A stretch of 64,000 nucleotides of DNA, taken from assembly GCF_009914755.1 (NCBI RefSeq), contig NC_060937.1; one strand, written 5' to 3'. The stretch is from the human T2T-CHM13v2.0 reference genome, Homo sapiens. This document shows positions 22,824 through 34,482 of this stretch, one piece after another; position 1 is the first letter of the stretch, and each line of letters begins with the position of its first letter. The notes beneath the pieces are model-generated. The model ran no database searches. It was given only the letters and a program-made list of their open reading frames with translations, and was not told where the DNA came from. A program made the position numbers and the translations under genes.

Positions 22824-25599
22824 AACATAAATGCTTGGCCATCTAGAATAGGTGAATATAGACATGTTTATAAAACTGCATGTCTTTGTTGATATTGTAA
22901 ACTCTCTTGTTTTTCTTACAGTAAGTTTAAAAAGTGAGAATATTAATGTTCTCATATTTTGAATTCCCTAAATATCCAATGTTGATGGGCATGAGGTCAA
23001 AATAACAAGGGATCAAAACATGGTCAAAGTCCCAAAAGATAATACTAATATTGTAATTTTCCAAAACCTGAAGTTTGCTGATTCTTAGTGCCCTTATCTT
23101 ATGCTGGCCCAAAATTCCACATTTTAGGTTTAGTAATTATTACTAAATAACATTTAGTAATTTACCATGACATTTTCAGTTATTAACTTCTGTTTTAATT
23201 ATGCTTAGTTTATCTTAAAAGTGGAAATCATAATACAAAATCTATGTGCAAATCCAGTAGAAAAGGGAAAAATTGTAGTCAGGCGTTGTTGAAAACAGGG
23301 AACAGGAATTCTACATGCCCCAGAGCCTCACTATCTTTCTGTGAAAGATTTAAGGTTTACCTTCACCTTTGCCACTGGAGAAAAAAGTGCCATTATTTTC
23401 TTGGTTTCAATTTGAGGACTATCTAAAATAGGATGCTTCTTTAGTATCCATTTAACTTCTGACATAATTGTGTCCTTGTAGACTCTTGGTGTTGTTATAT
23501 TTATTTTTATACAAAATTGCCTTTTAGAGTCTCAAAATGTCATGCCTCAGAAATAATGTGTTTATTAATTGCTAATTATTAATTCTAGTATTAGATTTGC
23601 ACTAAATTACCACTGTAAACAGAAGATGAGGATGTGATATGTTAACATGGAAATTGGGGTAATTCATTAAGAATTTACTACTTAAAAACAAAAGAAACTT
23701 GTTGGTTATATGTTTTATGCTTTCATATACATTGCTTTTTAAGTTAAGGTATGTGTCTTTCCTCTCATGATCTCTGAGTTCCCACCGTCCTGATCTCTTT
23801 TATTTTAAAAAGTATTTTTATTAGCTAGTTGACGAACACAGAATTTTTAAAGAGTTCACATTCTAATTTTATGAATATTCAATAAAATATATTATATTTC
23901 CAAATGCTACTAATCGTTTTAGCAAATTACTTTAAGCTTATTTATACATTTTTAACTGAGAGCAATTTAATAAGCTACTGTTCACATAAACATAAGTTAA
24001 TGTGCATATGTAAAATTATAAAAGTTGCAACATAACTTTATTTGTTATTTTAAAAAAATAGTTATCTATGTATTTTACAACTCATGTATTTTCATCACCT
24101 GATAAAGGCTTATATTATAACAACATCTGAAGATATATAAAAAATAGTGCTAAAATAAAGAACAATTTTGGGGTCCCATTTTGAGGCATTCAAGTTAACA
24201 TCTCTTTGGAAACCATCAATTATAAGTCATGTAAAGATAGTCATGAATTACCTTGAGTTTCCCTATCTGCAGGATTAGCTATTTTTGGCCTCCCCTCAAA
24301 ATAATTATTTAATTTAAAACTCCAGAGATTGCCAACTTCTGTTACTCTTTAAATAGGTTACTTATGTGCCAAGGTACTAATCTCCTTAGCTTTCCCATCT
24401 CTGCAGGCCCTGGGCTGGTTCCTTGATGTGCGTAAGAAAGTATTTCAGTTTCCCACAGCCCGGTATATAAACATTATTATTTTCTATGTATAATCTGCTT
24501 CTTACCTCACTCCCTGCTCAGAAAAAAAGATGTTGAGGATTACCTCCTTAAGCTATGTCTGAAATGAATGACACTGAAGAACAATTTTGCTAAGCTGACA
24601 AAAATGGTGTCACAGGATTGACAAGAAGGGAGAATTCATCAATCTGTCTGAAGATTATGGTGCCTTTTTCTATATCTATGTGTTTATTTCTAAGAGAAGG
24701 TATTTATAATCAGCTGCAGAGTTAAAGCAGGTTAAATTTAATGGCTTTTACATTTTGACTGACACTTATTTTGTACACAACAAATATTCTTATCCTTACC
24801 CTGCCATTTTAAGTAAAATATGTTGTACTTGCTTCGGAAGGTTTGTTGGTTTCTTTGAGGATGGGCAGTATCTTGGTGCACTTAGTGGTGGAAGAAAGGC
24901 CAGTAAAAATTACCCTACGTAAGTGCCATTTAAATTCTCTCTCCTCTGAAAGTTGAGCGGAGATAATGAATTATTTATTCACCAGGTTAAATCTAAGATT
25001 TGCAACATGGTACTTTCTCTAAATGAGGCTGAATCCCATTTTTTTGCCCTTTAAAGACATCTTGGATATATTTACAGGGCTTTTATTTCTAATCTAGGAA
25101 AATTTGAAATTTAAAACTTTCACCAATTTTCTGGCTGATTGATGAATTTTTGGGTTAATTATTTCCCTTTGACAAGCTGCATTGATTACTTCACCTGTGA
25201 AAAGAATATTCATAAATGCTGGATAACCATGATAATTGAAGTAAACTAATGAATTACACTCAGAAAATTTAGCAATGTTCTTAGAATTCTTCTTAGGAAC
25301 ATTCAGTTGTTTTCATGCTGGTCAGCCATACGAGCGACATGTAAATACCAAAAAGTACTTTTTAACAGTTTTTATCTTGTTTGAAAGTAAGTAAATTATA
25401 AAGATACAAAGTGAGTATGCGTGATCAATTTTTTCAGTCACAGGATTCAGTGATTTGCCCCACAAAAAATATGGTGTTTAGATTCCTTTGTCCCCCAGTT
25501 AATCCTCTTGAGTGAAATTAATTTATGCATGTCTCTAAACTGACTCCTTGCATTTGAATTATACCTGGTGTTTGGAAAACAGAAGTTTGTCCTACCTTT

Positions 25600-25898
25600 T
25601 TGTTTTTCTTGTTGAGACAGTCTTGCCCTGTCAACCAGGATGGAGGGCAGTGGTGCAATCTCAGCTTATTGCAACCTCCACCTTCTAGGCTCAAGGGATC
25701 CTCCCACCTCAGCCTCCCCAGCATCTAGGACTACAGGGGTGCACCACCAACCCCAGACAATTTTTGGTATTTTTTTTTTGTAGAGATGGAATTTCACCAT
25801 GTTGTCCAGGCTGGTCTCAAATTTCTGGACTCATGGGATCTGCCCGCTTCAGCCTCCCAAAGTGCTGGGATTACAGGCATGAGCCACCACACTCAGCC
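25600..25898 (-). mobile_element. AluJ SINE
   Basis: ggctcaagggatcctcccacctcagcctccc (J-type); TSD ttgtcctaccttt (25587-25599) / ttgtcctaacttt (25899-25911). Confidence 0.92.
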
Positions 25899-26544
25899 TT
25901 GTCCTAACTTTGACAACTTGTCATTTGCTATCTATTCAACTACCTTCCTTTGCTCTGGCATAGGGCCAAAAGCTCCAAGCATAAACGTTCCTCTTTGTTC
26001 ATCCTAACAGAGGAGTTATCCTTATATTTGTAAATCCTGATATTCTCATACCTGAAGTCTCCATGTGTTTTTTCTCACCAGGCTGGGAATGAAGCAGTGG
26101 CATCATCTCACACTTCTCTTGAAGGGGAGTGAACACTATAGTCATGACTCTTTAACTTAAGTGCACTTTTTTCAAATCATCAACCACCATCTTTCTATAG
26201 CCAAGAGAAAGATGATGACGTAGGTGAACATGTCAGTTTCCTACTATACCCTGAAGCTTATAGCACCTTCCTTTTGAATTAGTTACCTTGGTACTTTGTA
26301 CCTGTTTATTTTTTTCAGTGCTTTGGCCTTAGTGAAAGTTAGAATGAAATTGTTACACATGTAAAATGATAAATTATACCACATGCCTTAATATGCTATT
26401 AATATCTTAAAGGTCATTGTAATTAATTACATGTAGTTTTATAAAACTCACAGTTCCCTCCTTTCTTAAATTTCTCATCTCTCAAGCATCAAATAAAAGA
26501 TTTTGACCTTGAGATTACTGCATTATATGTTAAAGAAATAAAAG

Positions 26545-26853
26545 GAGCTTTTACAGCGTAGCTGTAGCTTGTTCCTGGAGAAACCTATGTCCAATGACTC
26601 CTTAACACAGGGGTAAAAGAGCCTGGCCTCCATGTTTCAATTCAAAATAGCTGTAAAAAACCATTCCAGCTGCAGAACATAGAGGCAAGTTGAGGGATTT
26701 TCTGAGACCTTTTCACAGTTCACATCCAATCTCTGGCCAATCCTGATTCTTTCTTTTGCTGTCCTCAGAGAGAGAAATCCTAAGTTGACTCTCTAATAAA
26801 CCTCCTGTATGTTACCCCTCTCACTTGCTTCTTGGAGAGCCCAAACAGTGACA
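26545..26853 (+). mobile_element. ERVL LTR16-like fragment
   Basis: ccaatgact...caggggtaaaagagcctggcc...ctaataaacctcctgtatg...gcttcttggagagcccaaacagtgaca. Confidence 0.55.
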
Positions 26854-27442
26854 TACAGTCAGTGATCACAAAATACAAACCTTACAATACTAGCAGGTGA
26901 GGTCAAAGAAAATCTTTAAATGATTTGAGAAGGACTCTTTGAGAGTATTAATCAGAATGGGTACTAAGGGAAAGCAAATCACTGTACCATCTATGTTAAA
27001 AGTTTAAAATGTATCATTTTCTTTAAAAAGTATACTGAAAACAAGCATGAACACTTAATATGTGAAATGTTACAATAGACTATACGGTCCTAAATTTCAC
27101 CAGTTATTTAAATGCAATATAAGTGAGAATATATTCTCTGTCATGAAGATATTTAAAGTAGTAACACTTACAGCTTTGGAAGTCAAAATTGACTGTATTT
27201 ACATAAAAAGTACTCAAAAACTTAACATGTTACAAGTGAATACATGATGGTTTTAATGTATAAAAACACAAAATAACATCCCTAACTTGGATCATCCAAA
27301 GTGAAAGGATTTCAGAAAAAAAAACACTGTTGTCTATAAATTTTTTCCTTGCTTCTTTTCTTGAAATATGTTTACAGTTTTAGGTTTATATATTTCATGA
27401 ATAGATCAATAGAGGTACATCCTTTAAAAAAAATAGCTCTTG

Positions 27443-27733
27443 GGCCAGGTGCGGTGGCTCATGCCCATAATCCTAGCAGTTCGGGAGGCCGAGACGTGTG
27501 GACAACTTGAGGTCAGGAGTTTGAGACCAGTCTTGCCAACATGGTCTACTAAAAATAGAAAAATTAGCAGGTCGTGGTGGCACAGGCCTGTAATCCCAGC
27601 TACTCAGGAGGCTGAGGCAGGAGAATAACTTGAATCTGGGAGGCAGAGGTCTCAGTGAACTGAGTGCACCACTGCACTCCAGCCTAGGTGAAGAGCAAGA
27701 CTCTATCTCAAAAAAATAAAAATAAAAATAAAA
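27443..27733 (+). mobile_element. AluS (Sx/Sz-like) SINE
   Basis: cttgaggtcaggagtttgagaccag; small deletion before ctactaaaaat; A-rich tail. Confidence 0.92.
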
Positions 27734-28699
27734 CAGCTTCTACTTTTGCTCATTAATGTTATGAGCCCAATTTTTAAGAGATAAATATATAAAAATTAAA
27801 ATTAATACAATTGTTTAAACTTCACCTGTTTACCAAGCTTAAGTTACCTGTGGTGCCCTTTTTAGAACTGACAAAATGTGCTGCCTCTTGGCAAATTTTT
27901 GCCTATTTCACTCCCCGCCCCTAGTCCTTCTCATTGATACCTTCAACAAAGCAACTCCAATGAAAGCCAATCTACCAAGAGAGCTTGCAAAAATGATATA
28001 AATGAAACAGACTGTACATACATATACACATTTAAATGCATCTAATTTATAAAATAGAATGAACAAACTTAGCTAATAGAAGTTTCTCAGAATAAATAAA
28101 ATAACATGTAAATGGTATAGCATAAAGTAACTTATTTAAATTGGTGCCTTCTATTACTGTATTACTCTACGGTAGTACAGTAATACTCCACCCCTCCTGG
28201 TAGATAGCTTAAGCACTACTACCCACCAGGTGACCAACACGAACAAATATCTGCTTCACTCTCATCTTGCTTTTTCTGTACTTTTCGTATTTCAGTTAAT
28301 TTCCAAAAGACTTAGTCCTTATTATCTTAGAAAAATTGATAATTATTTCAGCTGGCCTTGAATATTCCAGCCTCTATGTTTAAAGTCCTTGACTCATCCA
28401 AATTGTGAGCTAACACTTTTCAGTTAGTTCCTACTCTGTGGACCTAAATGAAATGTTAAGGTGTTGAAATACAAACCCACATGATAGGAATTATTATAAG
28501 TTTACTTTAGACACAATGCAATGAAAAGATCATTAGAAATAAATGGGATTTCCTGGGAGGCAACTTCATTTTTAAAGTGACCGTAGAAAAACTTTTCCAC
28601 CTTTCTGACTTAAAAAATCCTTTTTGCATGAGATAATACACTAACAGTTATCTGTACTTCATAGGAATACTGTAATAATTGAATGAAACATTGGAAGCT

Positions 28700-29427
28700 C
28701 CATTAGTCAAGTTTCTCTAGAGAGACAGAACCAACAAGATAAATAAATAGATTAAGGATAGAAAGATAGATAGATGTAGATATAGATGATATAGATATAG
28801 ATATATGAGAGATAATTAATTATGAAAATTTTCTCATGCAATTATGGAAGCTGAGAAGTCTCATGGCAGGCTGTCTGCAAGCTTGAAACCCTGAAATGCC
28901 AGTAGTGTGGTACAGTCCAAATCCAAAAGCCTTAGGACCAGGGAAGCCCACGGTGTAACTCTCAATACATTGCTCAAGGTCTGAGAACCAACCAAGAGTT
29001 GGAGGAGGAGGCACTGGTGTGAGTTCCAGGGTCCAAAGGCCAGAAAGCCTGGAGTTCTGATGTTCAAGGGTAAGAGAAGAAGGGTTTCCCAGCTCCAAAA
29101 GAGACAGAGATAAAAATTCCCCTTTCCTCTTCTTTTTTGTTCTATCTGGGCCCCTAGGAATTAGCTGGTGCCTACCCGCATTCAGGGTGAATCTCCCCAA
29201 CTCAGTCCACCAATTCACATATGAATTTCCTCTGTGAACACCCTCACAGCTGTGTGGCCACGGGACTCAGCACACCCCGCTCGTACCGTAACGGCCGCTC
29301 GCGCTCCCAGACCCCAACCCCCGCGTTCGGGGCGCCCACTGGCTCGCAGACACCTGGAAATAATGCTCTACTAGTTTTCTAGGTATTCCTTAATCCAGTC
29401 AAGTTGACACTTAAAATTAACCATCAG
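28700..29427 (-). mobile_element. MLT2B-like ERVL solo LTR carrying a 100-bp foreign insert
   Basis: attagtcaagtttctctagagagacagaacca...ggaagctgagaagtc...ggagttctgatgttcaagg...aacaccctcacag|acacctggaaataatg...aatccagtcaagttgacacttaaaattaaccatca; internal (TAGA)n-like tract. Confidence 0.9.
29250..29349. other. 100-bp GC/CpG-rich inserted fragment of unknown origin
   Basis: 73 of 100 bases G/C and 13 CpGs (counted by hand); removing it rejoins the MLT2 motif caccctcacagacac. Confidence 0.85.
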
Positions 29428-29779
29428 AGAGACCAAGGGGCTTAAGTACTATACATTATTTGCCAATTCAGTATATGGTCATGACTACCGATGCTCAGAA
29501 TTATTTAAATATATCTGACAGGAAACTCTGGGAAACTTTTTATTAACATTAGCAAGGCTTGATTAATTCTATAGGAGTCAAGAGGCTTTACAACCTTCCT
29601 TTCAACCTGCTCTCCTCCCACCAAAGATAAATAAATACACAGGATAGCATAGCTCTAGCAATATGGGTTTCTGTTTGCTATGTTTGAAATTTTTAATTAA
29701 TTTAAGCTTGCTGAAATTTAATTTACAGAAATAATACATCTCTTTTCCATTACATGTTCTCCTCTTAAAAATGTTTGTT

Positions 29780-30108
<329 letters not shown>

Positions 30109-30609
30109 TCAAAAAAGAGAAAAATTACTTGTAGAATCAATGATTTAACATCATAGAAATTTGTATCTAAGAGAATGATGCATTTTATGAGCTCAGTTGA
30201 TCAATTTATTTTTTTCTTTCAATTTTTAAATCAATAAAATTAGAGTGTATTATAAATAGAAGTAAAATTTGATAGTATTCTTGTATTTTGTGATATGTAA
30301 GAATTCACAAATGTAAATTACAAATAATTTTGGAAATAAAGTTAAATAGCAAACACCTGCACACTAAATTTTGCTTTGAGGTAACATACACAATATAAAA
30401 AGAAAAAAGAAATATACAGATAAGAAAAAATATGAAGAAAAAGCATTATTTCTAACAACTACTGTTAATACATTGAGATCTGAAAAGTGCATGAGAAACA
30501 TTTTAAAAAGAAAGAGTTTATGGTAAAACAGAAAACAGAGAGGCAAAACTTGTTCTGGTCCTGCCAAGTATATACATGTTCATACTATTCTTAATTTATT
30601 ATTTTTCAG

Positions 30610-30925
30610 TAGGAACTTTGACTTTGCCTGATATTTCCTCATACTCAGATTCAGGTTTTTCATTTTAGGTAAGTATATTAGGTTGTGGTGGTGTCTTCAG
30701 GTTTCTTTCTCCATTGTAAAGTTAGTTTTTCCTTTGTAATTAGTAAGTAGTAGAAAATACTAGAGAATATGTAACTATCTTGGTATTCTTTTTTTATTTA
30801 ATCAATGGTTTTAGTATCCATTGATGGGAATCAATCAATAAGTCATTTTATGAAAGTTGCAAAATAGTGATTTTCTAACACCAGTATTGCCTTAAGTTTT
30901 GTTGGCATGTTACTCTAAAGAAGTA
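30610..30925 (-). mobile_element. L1MC-like 3' UTR fragment
   Basis: tttcctcatactcagattcaggtt...ctccattgtaaagtta...aatggttttagtatccattgatg...gttgcaaaatagtgattttctaa. Confidence 0.55.
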
Positions 30926-32554
30926 CTAATGTCATTATTTTAATTAAAGAGTCTTTGTATTATGTGTTAAGATTTCAGAGGCTAGTCAGCCCTCGTAGCT
31001 TTTCTGTTTAGTGTATGCCAGTTTAAGTTCATCTGGAGCTCAAAAGAGTTCTGCTGGAATTTTATCGCAATTTTCTACTTACAAGTGATTTGAGGTCTGT
31101 GATATTTATGTTCTTTTATTTATGAATGATCATGTAGCTTTTATATGGATTTAATAGTTCTTTTTTTTAATGTAGCTATTTTGGAAAATGCATGGAATGA
31201 TTTTGGTTTGTGACCACTACTTTCCACAGGTTATAAAAAATTAAAATATTTTAAAATACTATTAAAATCATGGTTTGCAAATGACTCTATCTTATTTCTG
31301 ATAAATTTATATGAATATATGGAGTAAACGTTGAAAGCAACCTAAAAAATAAATTACATAGACAGTGTTGTTTAAAATTTAAAAAAGCAGGAAGTGAAAT
31401 TGAATTTTATCAAATATTCTGAGCAATCATCAAAATAATTATATATTTAATATGCTAATGTAATGGATTATATTGCAATGTTTTTTAAAATTGAATCTTA
31501 CTTGGATTACTCAGCAAAATTTTATTTGAGATTTTTATTGTTTTTCTCTAAGTGCCTGGAATTTCTCCTTATTCACATTGTATTTGCCAGAATTTAGTAT
31601 GGCAGTTTACTTTTATATTTTAAAACTAATTGCAATTTTAAGTCTTTTCCTTGCCCTTGAAAAAAACAGATAATATCTATATGGTTCTTCCTAATTGTTG
31701 GAAAAAAAAGCAGCAGTTCACTTCTGAAACTGCACTCACCCATTTAGCTTTGTGTTTATTTGTTTCCTTTGCTTAATTGTCTAACTTTCTTTCATCAATA
31801 TTTCATGTGCAAATTACCATTTCTTATTGATTAAAATTTGGCTGTTTTTACTTTTTTAACATATGTTCAATTTCATTAAAGTTATCAAATGTATTAGCTG
31901 AGGATATTCACAGATTTTGACTTTTTGTCAATCTTCATTTTATTTTATTCTATTTCTAATTAATTATGCTATAAAGTGGTTGTTTTCCCCTTTCTTTTGT
32001 CAGCATCCTTGTTAATATCAAATGCGGGAGAAAGAAAGAAAAAAAATCTTAAAGGTATTCATGTTTTGTACTTTTAAAATATTTTTTTTTCATAATTTCA
32101 TTTTTATGTTATACTTTTTTCTAGTTTATTAAGGGATATCCTAAATCAATATATTAATGGTAAATTATCAAATAATATATTTTTTTGTGTTCAAGCTTGC
32201 TGCATCAGAAACCCTTCCACAACTTTTCTCTCAAATTTTGAATTATTATATTTACATTTTTATTTCTTTATTAGAGAGTAAGTTCAAGTTTTTCCCAACA
32301 CTTTATAGGAATCAAATACTCTTTGATTTTCAACATAAAATTTTTAGTCAATGAATACATAGAAAAGTCAAATGGCTTTTTTATTCTCTAAGATCCCAGA
32401 GCCAATAGCATGAATGATAGTGAAGACAGAGGCAGCCTCAATAAAGATATATCTCTATGTGAGTGTTTTCTTTTGAGGCGATTGCCTATAACTTTTATGG
32501 CTGTAAGCTGCTTTTTAAAATAATATAGCTAGATTTACAAGCAAGATATTGTAG

Positions 32555-33557
<1,003 letters not shown>

Positions 33558-33594
33558 TTATATATGAATTTAAAATGTGGGAAAATATATAATA

Positions 33595-33653
33595 GTGTGT
33601 GTGTGTGTGTGTGCACGCGTGCGCGCGCACACGCGTGCACATGTATGTGTATG
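33595..33653. repeat. Alternating purine-pyrimidine tract (TG/CG/CA)n
   Basis: 59 bp of strict alternation, read directly. Confidence 0.9.
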
Positions 33654-34004
33654 ACTGTTAAAACATCTGCAGCCTAGAAATCTGATAACTAACATTTGGA
33701 ATCACTTTACCTGCAGATGTTTGTTGAAGTTGTGGAAACTGAGATTTCAAAGTGACGTATAAAGAAAATATGTAGAGATTCTAGGTACAGACTTTGGAAA
33801 ACATCCACACTTAATAGGGAAAAGAAGGAAAAAAGAAGCAAGAAAACTTTCTGTGAGAAACCCTACATGACGTTTCACCATAGACACATATGTGTGTAAC
33901 CCTCACTGAGCACTAGTCAGTATGAAAGGTGCCCTTCTTTGTAATCCAAATGGTCATCTCTAGCTCCTCAATGTGACCTTCTAAACAGTACATATTTGGG
34001 TTAA

Positions 34005-34482
34005 TCATTTATTCATCTTATGATTCTCTTAATTTGTCAAAATAAATCTGCAGTCCATTTTCTATGTGTGTTCTAAGTAGTGTTCTATGCACTAAAAATC
34101 CAGGATACGAAGAAAAAAAATCTCTCCCTTTCATGGAGGTTACATAGCAGTGAGGGTGGCAAGCCATATATTAAGTGTATATAAAAACATCTACAGTGTT
34201 TCAGATGGTCATAAATGTTATGAAGAAAAATAAAGAAGCGAAATGGATAAGGATACTGGGGTCATGATGGGAGACTAAGGTTTTCATTCACTTTTGAATT
34301 TACCTTCAAAAAAAGAGTGTAATTTTAAATACAGAAGTCAAAGGAGGTCTAACTGGAGTGATACATTTGAGTAAAGACCTGAAGGTCATCATTGTGCAAG
34401 ACCAATGAGTTTCTTGGGGAAAGACTTTTTTTTTCAGGCACAGGAACAGAGAGGTATAAATGCCTTGAGGCAGAAACATGCA
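34005..34482 (-). mobile_element. L2a-like LINE 3' fragment
   Basis: ccctttcatggaggttacatagcagtgaggg...cagatggtcataaatgttatgaagaaaaataaag...acatttgagtaaagacctgaagg...gccttgaggcagaaacatgc. Confidence 0.7.

Noticed and set aside
22905-22927. cttacagtaagt as a recursive splice site
   Set aside because: Acceptor AG and donor GT would share one G; not an AG|GT junction.
29318-29342. Minus-strand agtgggcgccccgaacgcgggg resembling a tRNA-Lys primer-binding site (tggcgcccgaacagggac)
   Set aside because: The match needs indels and mismatches, and it is not positioned just after an LTR end; insufficient to call a retroviral origin for the insert.
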